Assembly: GCA_963749495.1 (NCBI GenBank)
Contig: CAVVMW010000001.1
Coordinates: 256,001 to 320,000 of the forward strand
Origin: an uncultured bacterium
GTDB lineage: Bacteria; Verrucomicrobiota; Verrucomicrobiia; Limisphaerales; UBA8199
Reading direction: 5' to 3'
Length of the DNA stretch: 64,000 nt
Translations under genes and position numbers: made by a program
In this document: positions 40,747-49,526 of the stretch, piece by piece
Layout: each line of letters starts with the position of its first letter
Numbering within the stretch: position 1 is the first letter of the stretch
The notes under the pieces: generated by a model
What the model was told of the DNA's origin: nothing
Database searches by the model: none
Seen by the model: the letters and a program-made list of their open reading frames with translations, nothing else

Positions 40747-41679
40747 TCACGCCTCGACGCTCGCGGACCTGGCCAGGGCCAGGTCCACCATCTTCTGGCA
40801 AAGGCCGGCGTAACTCATGCCCGCGGCGGCTGCCGCCTTGGGCAGCAGGCTCGTCTCGGTCATGCCCGGCAGGGTGTTGACCTCCAGCACGACCGGTTCG
40901 CCGCTGGGCCGCACCATCACGTCCACCCGGCCATAGTCGCGCCCGCCGATGGCGACAAAGGCCCCGAGGCCCGCCGCCTGGATGCGCGCCGTGGTGGCCT
41001 CGTCGAACGGGGCGGGGCAGAGATACTCGGTGTTGCCGGGCGTATATTTGTTCTGGTAATCGTAGGAACCGGTCCGTGGACGGACCTCGACCACCGGCAG
41101 CGGTTGGCCGCCCAGGATGCCGACGGTGCTCTCGCGGCCGGCTATCTTTTCCTCCACCAGGGCCTGCGAATCGTAGCGCAACGCCTCGGCCAGCGCGTGG
41201 TTCCAATCCACGACTCGCTCGACGAACTGAAGGCCCACGCTCGACCCCTGCCTGAGGGGCTTGAGCACCAGTGGCGGGTTCCAGCCCCGCGGCCAGGAGG
41301 CAGTCGAGGAATCCACCACCGTGAAACGGGCTGTGGGGATCCCGGCCTCCGCGAAACGCTGTTTGCTGAGGAACTTGTCAAAGGCCACCCGGCTGGCCTC
41401 CGGGCCGCAGCCCGTGTAGGGGACGCCCAATTCTTCGAGGCGCCGCTGCACGGTGCCGTCCTCGCCATAAGTCCCATGAAGGACCAGAAACACAACTTGC
41501 GTGCCCTCGGGCAAGGCCCAGGCCGGCTCCCTGGGGTCCAACTCGTGGACACGGTGGCCCAGCGAGCGCAGGGCCTTGGCCACGGCCGCGCCGGAGCGCA
41601 ACGAAACTTCACGCTCCGCGCTCGGCCCCCCCAGCATCACGGTGATGGCCAATACTCGACTGCTGCTAATCTGTTCCAT
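40747..41679 (-). CDS. ddl: D-alanine--D-alanine ligase
   Basis: GGPSAEREVSL.SG, LHGTYGEDG, GSSVG, YDY.NKY, LEVNTLPGMT.TSL. Confidence 0.95.
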   Translation of the reverse strand: MEQISSSRVLAITVMLGGPSAEREVSLRSGAAVAKALRSLGHRVHELDPREPAWALPEGTQVVFLVLHGTYGEDGTVQRRLEELGVPYTGCGPEASRVAFDKFLSKQRFAEAGIPTARFTVVDSSTASWPRGWNPPLVLKPLRQGSSVGLQFVERVVDWNHALAEALRYDSQALVEEKIAGRESTVGILGGQPLPVVEVRPRTGSYDYQNKYTPGNTEYLCPAPFDEATTARIQAAGLGAFVAIGGRDYGRVDVMVRPSGEPVVLEVNTLPGMTETSLLPKAAAAAGMSYAGLCQKMVDLALARSASVEA

Positions 41680-41721
41680 TTTGCTCTCTCATTCGCCAAT
41701 GATCTCCACTTTGCTCTGCCG

Positions 41722-41833
41722 CGTTCAGGGTTCAGGGTTCACCGTTCAGGGTTCACGGTTCACGTTTCACATTCCTGAATGGCCAATAGCTAATAGCCAA
41801 TAGCCAATCTTCACGTTTCACCTTTCACGTTTC
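41722..41833. repeat. Heptamer repeats (GTTCAGG / TTTCACG / GCCAATA)
   Basis: Seen directly in the murB-ddl spacer. Confidence 0.8.
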
Positions 41834-42785
41834 ATGGTGCTGACTCGCCGAGGATCTCCACTTCGCTCTCCAACTCGATCCCGCGCTCGGTCCGGGCGCG
41901 CTCCCGGATGAGGGCGATCAGTTGGAGGATGTCCTGCGCGGTGGCGCTGCCGTCATTGACAATGAAATTGCCGTGTTCGAGCGAGACGGAGGCCCCGCCA
42001 ATGCGCGTGCCCTTGAGCCCCAGCTCATCGATGAGCCGGCCGGCCGGGATGGCGGCGGGGTTCTTGAAGGCGCAGCCGGCGCTGGAGGCGGCCGGCTGGG
42101 TGCTCTTGCGTCTGCGGCTGAATTCGTCCATCCGGCGCTGGATGCGCTCCGGCAGATCGGACCCGCCGTGCAGCACGGCGCCCACTGCAATCTGCGCCTT
42201 CAAAGCGGGGCAGTCGCGATAGCCGGCCTTCAGTCCCGCGCCAGGCAACTCGCGCACCTGGCCGGACGCGTCCATGACGCGAACCGACTGGACCAGATCG
42301 AAAGTCGAGCCGCCCATGGCGCCGGCGTTCATGCGGAGGCCACCGCCCACGCTCCCTGGAATGCCTTCGAGGAATTCAAACCCCGTCAGGCCGTGGCGCC
42401 AGGCCTTGGCGGCCACCTCCTTCAAACGGGCGCCCGCTCCGCAATGCAGAAGCCTCCCGCTCACTTCGATCCGGCAAAAGCCCGGCTGCGCCAGGCAGAT
42501 CACCACGCCGCGGAAACCGCCGTCGCGGACCAGGAGGTTCGATCCGCGCCCCAGCACGAACCACGGCAGTGCCCGCGCTGCGCAAAACTCCAGCACTCTC
42601 GCCAGGTCCGCTTCCGCAGCCGGCTCCACGTAGAGGTCGGCCGGGCCGCCCACGCGGAGAGTCGTTCGCCTGGCCAGCAGTTCGAGGCTCCGAACCAGGG
42701 TCCCTGCCGAGACCTGCTGTGCCAACTCGGCGGCGAGCCGTTCGGGGCCGAGGGCGGCGCTGGGGGTAGGGTTGGGCTGGGTCAT
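41832..42785 (-). CDS. murB: UDP-N-acetylenolpyruvoylglucosamine reductase (stand-alone)
   Basis: TTLRVGGPA, LGRGSNLL, GIPGSVGG..MNAGA, SAGCAFKNP, HGNFIVN, LE.EV. Confidence 0.95.
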   Translation of the reverse strand: MTQPNPTPSAALGPERLAAELAQQVSAGTLVRSLELLARRTTLRVGGPADLYVEPAAEADLARVLEFCAARALPWFVLGRGSNLLVRDGGFRGVVICLAQPGFCRIEVSGRLLHCGAGARLKEVAAKAWRHGLTGFEFLEGIPGSVGGGLRMNAGAMGGSTFDLVQSVRVMDASGQVRELPGAGLKAGYRDCPALKAQIAVGAVLHGGSDLPERIQRRMDEFSRRRKSTQPAASSAGCAFKNPAAIPAGRLIDELGLKGTRIGGASVSLEHGNFIVNDGSATAQDILQLIALIRERARTERGIELESEVEILGESAP

Positions 42786-43936
42786 GAGACAGGCAAAGTC
42801 AAGGCGGCCGGATTGGTTTGGGCAGAGGACCGAGCGGCAACGGTCTGGAGGATGGCCTCGGCGATTTGTGCGGCGGCGCGCGGGGCGTGCCACTGGGCCA
42901 GGGCCTGCTGCGCTGTCTGCCGCGCGCCCGGTTCTTCCACCAACTCCTGCAACAGGCGGGCCAGGCCCTCGGGCGAGGCCGCCGTCTCTTCCAGGAGGCG
43001 GGCGGCGCCGGTGGCTTCGAGCGCGCGGGCATTATGGAATTGGTGGTTGTCGGCAGCGGTAGGGTAGGGGATGAGCACGCTGGGCAGGCGCATCGCCGCC
43101 AGTTCGGCCAGGGACGAGGCCCCGGCCCGGCTCACGGCGGCCGTGGCGGCGCCCAGGGCCAGGTCCATCGCGGCAAAAAACGGGTGGACCTGGGCGCAGA
43201 GACCGGCCGTGGCATAGGCCAGCCTGACGGCCGGGGCTTCGTCCGGACCCGTCAGATGGAACCACTGCCAATGCCGGCGGGTCGGGGCCAGCAGCGGGAG
43301 CGTCCGGCAGACCAGCGAATTGATCGCCCGGGCGCCCTGGCTGCCGCCCATGACCAGCAGGAGGGGGGGCGCCGGGTCCAGGCCCAGGGCGGCGCGGCAG
43401 GCGGCGGCCTGGCGCGGCTGGAACTGGGAACGCACGGGCGTGCCCGTCACAGTCACATTGCGGGTGTGCAGGCGCGCCCCAGCGCCGGGGAAACCGATGA
43501 AGGCGCGCTCGACGAGCCAGGAGAGCCAGCGATTGGCCCGGCCCGGGACCGAGTTCGACTCGTGCAGGAATGTCCGCGCTCCCAGCCGCCGGGCCGCCAG
43601 GAGGGGCGGCGCGCTGGTGAACCCGCCCATGGCCAGCGCCGCTTGAGGAGGATGTGCCCTGAAGGCGGCCGTCGCCGCGCGATAGGACCGCACAAAGCCG
43701 CGGAGAAAGGAGAGCATCCTGCCGCGTGTCAGGGCCACACCCGGCAGGGTCACCAACTCGAGGCCCGAAGCGGATTTCACAGCCTGCTGGTCCACCTCTT
43801 TGGGAGAGATGAGCAACGTGACGGCCGCGCCGCCCTGGCGAAGGCGCTCGGCGACCGCCAGGCCGGGAAAGAGATGGCCTCCGGTGCCACCGCAGGCGAT
43901 GGCGATGCGGAGAGGAGGCGTTGTGGAACCGGTCAT
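42782..43936 (-). CDS. murG: Undecaprenyl-PP-MurNAc-pentapeptide GlcNAc transferase
   Basis: GGTGGHLFPG, HESN..PG.AN, GTPVR, GGSQGA, SRAGASS..E, HQ..NA. Confidence 0.95.
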   Translation of the reverse strand: MTGSTTPPLRIAIACGGTGGHLFPGLAVAERLRQGGAAVTLLISPKEVDQQAVKSASGLELVTLPGVALTRGRMLSFLRGFVRSYRAATAAFRAHPPQAALAMGGFTSAPPLLAARRLGARTFLHESNSVPGRANRWLSWLVERAFIGFPGAGARLHTRNVTVTGTPVRSQFQPRQAAACRAALGLDPAPPLLLVMGGSQGARAINSLVCRTLPLLAPTRRHWQWFHLTGPDEAPAVRLAYATAGLCAQVHPFFAAMDLALGAATAAVSRAGASSLAELAAMRLPSVLIPYPTAADNHQFHNARALEATGAARLLEETAASPEGLARLLQELVEEPGARQTAQQALAQWHAPRAAAQIAEAILQTVAARSSAQTNPAALTLPVS

Positions 43937-45261
43937 AGGGCGGGCAAAAGCTCTGGTTCCAGACCTTCGTCGCGGCCTTTGTCGGCGCCTTTGTCGAAAA
44001 ATGGCCAATCCGACAAAGGTTTCGACAAAGGCCGCGACAAAGGTGGCGCACTCGCGCGGCCTTCATCCATCTTTCTGCCCCCATCTTTCTGCCTTTCAGT
44101 CTTCTGCCATTTCGGTTGCGCCGGCTGCGCGCGGAAGGGGTTGGGGTCGTGGAACTCCTCGTCCTGGTCGGGCATGTCTTGGGTGGCCTCGTCGGTGCGG
44201 CCATGGCGGGCGATGCTCAGGAGCAGGCCCACGCCGGCCAGCAGGACCAGGAGGTTGGAGCCGCCACGGCTGATGAATGGCAGAGGCAGGCCCTTGTTGG
44301 GCAAGGCGCTGGTGACGACGCCGATGTTGACCGCCGCTTGGAAGGCGATGAGGAACGAAATGCCCGAACCCAGCAGCAGCCCGAATGAGTCGGAGGCATT
44401 CCAGGCGATGTAGAGCCCGCAGATGAAGCAGGCCACAAAAGCGGCCAGGACCAGGCCCGTTCCCACCAGGCCCAGTTCTTCGCCGATGATGGCGAAGATG
44501 AAATCGGTCTTGTGTTCGGGCAGGTATCCCAGCTTCTGGCGGCTGTCTCCCAGGCCGCGCCCGGTGACCCCGCCGCTGCCCAGGGCGACCATCGCCTCGT
44601 AGGCCTGCATGCCCTTGGCCTTGCGCGTCTCCTCGACGTGGAGCCAGGAATAAATCCGCCCATTCCGCACCGGATTATGATGAATGAACAGGCCCACCGC
44701 CAGCAGGCCCACCAGGACCGGAGGCACGAAATACCGGAGCCGAATCCCAGCAATGAGCAGGACCACCCCGCTCACGGCCCAGAGCACCAGGGCGTTGCCG
44801 ACGTCGGGCTCCAGGAAGACCAAACCGGCCACCAGCCCGATAGCCAGGCCCGGCAGCAGGATGCCGCGCACCAGACCTTCCATCTGGCGCCGGCAGCGTT
44901 CCCCATACCACGCCAGGGCGATCAGCAGCGCTAGCTTCGCAAATTCCGAGGGTTGAAAGCTCAGCCCGAACCGGTTGAACCAGCGCCGCGCCCCGCCATG
45001 CACCGTGCCGATGCCCGGCGCCAGCACCAATCCCAGCAAGATGATCGCGCCGGCCAGCAACAGCCACCACACGTACTTGAGCCAGCGATAATCGATCATC
45101 AACGCCAGTGCGCACACCGCGAGCCCCAGCCCGCACCAGACCGATTGCAGCGCCAGGTAATGCAAGCCGTCGTGGGCCATCGTCGAGCTATAGAGCATCA
45201 CCACGCCCAGGACCAGCAGGGCGGCCACGCTAAAAATCAGGATGGTAACGGCCACTTTCAT
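43933..45261 (-). CDS. ftsW: SEDS peptidoglycan polymerase FtsW
   Basis: GGARRW, FQPSEFAK, EPD.G, GSGG..G.GLG.S.QK..YLPE..TDFIF.IIGEELG, LP.KGLPLPFIS.GGS. Confidence 0.95.
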   Translation of the reverse strand: MKVAVTILIFSVAALLVLGVVMLYSSTMAHDGLHYLALQSVWCGLGLAVCALALMIDYRWLKYVWWLLLAGAIILLGLVLAPGIGTVHGGARRWFNRFGLSFQPSEFAKLALLIALAWYGERCRRQMEGLVRGILLPGLAIGLVAGLVFLEPDVGNALVLWAVSGVVLLIAGIRLRYFVPPVLVGLLAVGLFIHHNPVRNGRIYSWLHVEETRKAKGMQAYEAMVALGSGGVTGRGLGDSRQKLGYLPEHKTDFIFAIIGEELGLVGTGLVLAAFVACFICGLYIAWNASDSFGLLLGSGISFLIAFQAAVNIGVVTSALPNKGLPLPFISRGGSNLLVLLAGVGLLLSIARHGRTDEATQDMPDQDEEFHDPNPFRAQPAQPKWQKTERQKDGGRKMDEGRASAPPLSRPLSKPLSDWPFFDKGADKGRDEGLEPELLPAL

Positions 45262-45374
45262 GAATCGCGGCGCAGGCCCGAGGTCTGCGTCTCCTCTCAA
45301 ATCGGTCCGTGGCTTGCTGGGGCATCGGAGCTTTCGTGCAGGACGCTCGGCTGCTCTGCTCGGACGCGCGGCAG

Positions 45375-46196
45375 CTACCGCCCGGACGGGCCGCCCGGAA
45401 CGGCGTTGGAGGTGTTTCCAGCAGGGGTCGAGGCGCCCGACGCCGATGAGGCGGTCTTGGGCGGAATCTTGAGTTTGTCGCCGACCTTGATCCGGTCGGA
45501 CCTGAGATTATTGGCCGCGCGCAGGGCCTTGACCTTCACGCCGAATTGCCGGGCGATCTTGGAGAGGGAATCGTTGGATTTGACCGTGTAGGTCTGCTGG
45601 CCGCCGGGAGTCTCAGTGCCAGCGCCCGCAGCCGCGCTGCCGCCGGACGGGGCGGGGGCCGAGGCCGAGGCCGGGATGTGAATGGTCTGGCCGATCTTCA
45701 GTTTGGTCGAGTCCACTCCCGGATTGAGGGACTGGAGGGCCTGGAGCGAGACGTGGTGGTTCTTGGCAATCTTCCAGAGCATGTCGCCTCTGACGATCTT
45801 GTATTCGGTGCCGCCGGCGGTGGCCGTGGGAGCGGCGGGGGCGGCGCTGGTCTCGGGGACCGAGGGCGGCAGGTACGGATTGGAGGCCGGGGAAGCGGCG
45901 GTCGGGGGCTGGGCGCTGGTGGTCGTGGCGGCGCTCTCGGGCGCCGCGTTGCTGGGCGGGGCGAAAGGCGGCGCGGGGTTGGTCTGGGCCGATTCGTAGG
46001 TCGAGCTTGGAGGGGCGTTGGACGCGGTGGAGCCGGAGGTGGATTTGTCATTGCCGCACCCTTGCATCAGCAAAGCGAAGAGGCCGATGCCGTGCAGGGC
46101 CAGGACGAAGATGACGGCGATCTTGAAGCGGACACGCTTCTTGTTTTTTTGCTCCAGAAGGGAGCCCTGTGGAATCAGCGGACTTTGATCATTCAT
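45375..46196 (-). CDS. Membrane-anchored protein with two LysM domains
   Basis: YKIVRGD.LWKIAK..LKIGQ and YTVKSNDSLSKIAR..IKVGDKLKIP. Confidence 0.9.
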   Translation of the reverse strand: MNDQSPLIPQGSLLEQKNKKRVRFKIAVIFVLALHGIGLFALLMQGCGNDKSTSGSTASNAPPSSTYESAQTNPAPPFAPPSNAAPESAATTTSAQPPTAASPASNPYLPPSVPETSAAPAAPTATAGGTEYKIVRGDMLWKIAKNHHVSLQALQSLNPGVDSTKLKIGQTIHIPASASAPAPSGGSAAAGAGTETPGGQQTYTVKSNDSLSKIARQFGVKVKALRAANNLRSDRIKVGDKLKIPPKTASSASGASTPAGNTSNAVPGGPSGR

Positions 46197-46309
46197 GGTA
46201 AGAGGGGGCAGGCACGCCGTTTTGTTGGTTGAGGTCGATTTCTAAAATCATGTTCAGTTGTCGAACAGGTCGTTAACGCTCTATCGCTTATGTTGGGGTT
46301 GCCCCAATG

Positions 46310-46480
46310 GCAACCACAATCTGTTGATTTCATCGTCTGCCAAAAGCATTCGCCCGGATGCGGGAGCCTGGTCAAAGCCGAACAAACCGGTGAAGTCAGA
46401 ACGCCATTGCTCGGGGCGGCATTTCTCGCCGTCCCGGCCACTGCTTTTATCAGCCAAGCGGCGCGGAGGCAAGCAGGAAA
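46310..46480 (-). pseudogene. murD: Decayed 3' remnant of murD
   Basis: LIKAV..TARNAAPSNGVLTSPVCS / FDQ (one-base shift) ..GECF.Q matches the MurD C-terminal A..GD.VLLSPAC.SFDQ...RG..F motif at the canonical murD position. Confidence 0.7.
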
Positions 46481-46633
46481 TTGGAAATCCACGGCTACCG
46501 TCAGGCACCGCTACGCGGTGCCAAGTGATGCGGGCGCGCTGCGCCAGGAGGCTCACCATGTCGTTTTCGAGTTTCTGCGTTCTCACAAACTGACAACTGT
46601 CAACCGAGACTGACTGCCCCCGCGCCGCGCGGG

Positions 46634-47758
46634 CTAGCGGATCTTCAACGTGCTGAGCGCCACGACGGCGCACAGGATGCCAAGGATGTAGAAGCGCGTG
46701 ACCACTTGCGATTCGGTCCAGCCCTTCTTTTCAAAGTGATGGTGTATCGGGGCCATCAGGAACAGGCGCCGCCCGGTGCCATAGCGCATCCGGGTGTAAC
46801 GGAACCAGCCGGTTTGGAGTAAGACGGAAAGGGCCTCCATCACAAAGACCCCGCCGGCGATGACAATCAAGAAGGGCTGATGGATGAGCACGGCGATGAT
46901 GCCCAAGGCCCCGCCCAGGGCCAGCGAACCGGTGTCCCCCATGAACACCTGGGCCGGGTGGCAATTGTACCAAAGGAACCCCAGACCGGCGCCGATCATC
47001 GCGCCGCAAAACACGGTCAGCTCGCCCGCCCCCGGCACGTACGGGATGGCCAGATAAGTTGCCGCCCTGTAATTGTCGGCCACATAAGTCAGCACGACGA
47101 AGACAAATGAGACGATGAGGGTGCAGCCGATGGCCAGGCCGTCCATGCCGTCGGTCAGGTTCACCGCGTTGGAGCTGCCGACGATCGCCAGCATGGTCAG
47201 GACTATGCCTGCCACGGCCGCGCCCGTGGCGACAGGCCGTTTGTCAAAGGGCACCATGATGTCGGTGATGAGCCGCCGCGTGGCAGGCTGGCGCCACAAG
47301 TAAAGGGCGATGAACAGCGCCAGGGCCGATTGAATCCAGAGCTTGACCTGGACCGTGGCCCCGCCGCCGGTCTGCTGCGCGATCTTGGCGTAGTCGTCAT
47401 AAAACCCCAGCCCGCAGAGCACCACGACCGAGAAGAGGGCCAGCAACACCAGCGGGTTCAATTGCGCCCACAGCAGCGTTGTCAGGTTCAGGGCCAGGAC
47501 GATCAAGATGCCGCCCATGGTGGGCGTGCCCTTCTTGCGCTCACCCCGCTCGGCCATGCCGCCCGAGGCGGCCGCGACGTCCGCGTACTCCTGCCCGAAT
47601 CTCATTTGCCTGAGCCAGGCGATGACCTTGGGCGCCAGCAGCCAGCTCAAGACCAGGGCGGTCACCACCGCCCCGGCGGTGCGGAAGGTGATATAGCGGA
47701 ACAAGCGCATGGGCCCGAAGTGCTCTGCCCAGGTGGTGTGTGCCAGGTAGAAGAACAT
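46634..47758 (-). CDS. mraY: Phospho-MurNAc-pentapeptide transferase
   Basis: KKGTPTMGG, GFYDDY.K, NAVNLTDGMDGL, PAQVFMGDTGS, MAPIHHHFE. Confidence 0.95.
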   Translation of the reverse strand: MFFYLAHTTWAEHFGPMRLFRYITFRTAGAVVTALVLSWLLAPKVIAWLRQMRFGQEYADVAAASGGMAERGERKKGTPTMGGILIVLALNLTTLLWAQLNPLVLLALFSVVVLCGLGFYDDYAKIAQQTGGGATVQVKLWIQSALALFIALYLWRQPATRRLITDIMVPFDKRPVATGAAVAGIVLTMLAIVGSSNAVNLTDGMDGLAIGCTLIVSFVFVVLTYVADNYRAATYLAIPYVPGAGELTVFCGAMIGAGLGFLWYNCHPAQVFMGDTGSLALGGALGIIAVLIHQPFLIVIAGGVFVMEALSVLLQTGWFRYTRMRYGTGRRLFLMAPIHHHFEKKGWTESQVVTRFYILGILCAVVALSTLKIR

Positions 47759-47815
47759 CAGATCATCCGGACGGTTTCACGTTTCACGTTTCACGTTGTG
47801 CCAGGCAGCAGCCCA

Positions 47816-49213
47816 TCAGTTCCTCCGGACGGTCTCGCCGCCGCGCAGCAACTCCCCTATCCGTTCCAGCCGCGCGGCGCGCGAGGCCTTCAGCAACAAC
47901 ACATCACCTGTCTTCAAGAAGCTTTTCAGCGCGTTGGCCGCCCCTTCCACGTCGGCGAACTCCAGCACCCGGTTCAGCCCGGCGTCGCGGGCGCCGCGCG
48001 CCGTCAAGGCGGCCATCTTGCCGACTGCGAAGATCTGGCCCACGCCCAATTCGGCGGCGCGGCGCCCCACCTCCTCGTGTGCGGCCTCGCTGTGCGCGCC
48101 CAACTCGGCCATGTCGCCCAGCACGGCCACGCGCCGTCCCTTGCAGGGCAGCTCGACCAGCGTCTGCAAGGCGGCCACCATGGAATCGGCGTTGGCGTTG
48201 TAGGTGTCGTCCAGGACATAGACCCCGTTGAGGTCCCAGGGCTGGAGCCGCATCCGGGCGGGCCTGCACCGGGCCAGGCCGCGCTCAATTTCCGCCCGCC
48301 CCAGGCCCAGTTCGCTGCCCACGGCGATGGCCAGCAGGGCATTGACCACCTGGTGCCGGCCCAGCAGATTCAGGCGATATTCCCCCGCCAGCTCGGCCCG
48401 CGGACCCTCGACCCGGAACGTGGCCCCGAGCTGGTCCGGCCGCACCGCGCGCGCGCGCCAATCATTGCTCTGCCCGAGGCCCGCGCGGACCAGGGTGGCG
48501 CGCCCGCGACGGGCTATAGGCGCGGTCCATTCGGAGTCGCCGCTGGCGAAGAGCAGGCCCTCGGCCGGGAGCAACTCCGCCAGCCAGCCTTCCTCGAGGG
48601 CCACGCCCTGGAGGTCGCCGAAGAATTCCAGGTGCTCGCGCCCAATCGAGGTGAGGACGCCCAGGCGCGGAGCGATCAAGCTCACCAGGGGCGCGAGTTC
48701 CCCGGGGTGGTTGGTGCCCGCCTCCAGCACTGCGGCCCGGTGGGTCGCCTCCAACCGCAACAACGTCAGCGGCACGCCCAGGTCGTTGTTGAAGCTGCTT
48801 TCGCTGGAGAGCGTCGCCCATTTCTGACACAGCACCGAGGCGAGCAACTCTTTGGTGGTCGTTTTCCCGTTCGAGCCGGCCACGGCCACGACGGGCAGTG
48901 AGAAATCCCGGCGATAGGCGCCCGCCAGGCGGCCCAGGGCGCGGCGCGTGTCCTGCACCTCGAGGAGCGCGCAGTGGGCCAGGCTGGCCGGGGCCCGGCC
49001 GCGCGCCACGACCGCTGCGGCCGCCCCTTTGCCGGCGGCCTCGGCCAGAAATGCGTGCCCATCGAACCGCTCGCCGGGCAATGCGAAAAACAAATCGCCG
49101 CGCTGGACCTGGCGGGAGTCGGAGCAGACGCGTCGAACCAGGGTGTCAGGCGAGCCGCTGAGCAGTTGGCCGCCGCAGCCGGCCGCTATCCAATGTAATG
49201 GGCGGGGTTCCAT
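47816..49213 (-). CDS. murF: UDP-MurNAc-tripeptide--D-Ala-D-Ala ligase
   Basis: DSR, GERFDGH, GSNGKTTTKE, FNN.LG.P.T, E.G..H.GE, D.YNAN..SM, GDM.ELG, KASR. Confidence 0.95.
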   Translation of the reverse strand: MEPRPLHWIAAGCGGQLLSGSPDTLVRRVCSDSRQVQRGDLFFALPGERFDGHAFLAEAAGKGAAAAVVARGRAPASLAHCALLEVQDTRRALGRLAGAYRRDFSLPVVAVAGSNGKTTTKELLASVLCQKWATLSSESSFNNDLGVPLTLLRLEATHRAAVLEAGTNHPGELAPLVSLIAPRLGVLTSIGREHLEFFGDLQGVALEEGWLAELLPAEGLLFASGDSEWTAPIARRGRATLVRAGLGQSNDWRARAVRPDQLGATFRVEGPRAELAGEYRLNLLGRHQVVNALLAIAVGSELGLGRAEIERGLARCRPARMRLQPWDLNGVYVLDDTYNANADSMVAALQTLVELPCKGRRVAVLGDMAELGAHSEAAHEEVGRRAAELGVGQIFAVGKMAALTARGARDAGLNRVLEFADVEGAANALKSFLKTGDVLLLKASRAARLERIGELLRGGETVRRN

Positions 49214-49263
49214 GGCGGGCGCTGCTAGGTTTCCTCGCAGGCAGAACCGATGCGGCCGGGTTC

Positions 49264-49455
49264 TGTCCCGGAGGGACATCTGAAAGAGCGTGTGATTTCG
49301 GCCGTCCCTTGGGGACTTGTTCCACTCGAGGGCCTGACCCGACGCTGAAACGTTGGGCTATTCTCGAGTCCGGCCGATGAGGACGCCACACCCCGGAATA
49401 TCGCCCTGACCCAGCGTTGAAACGTTGGGCTATTCTCGAGTGTCCCTTCGGGACA
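49264..49455. repeat. REP-like element (GTCCC.GAGGGAC family) at the usual murE position
   Basis: TGTCCCGGAGGGACA...TGTCCCTTCGGGACA termini and duplicated GAAACGTTGGGCTATTCTCGAGT. Confidence 0.75.
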
Positions 49456-49526
49456 GAGCCCAGGCCCGGGGCGGCAACCCGTTGCGCACCTGACATTTTG
49501 GAGGGAGTTTGACATATTAAAGATCG

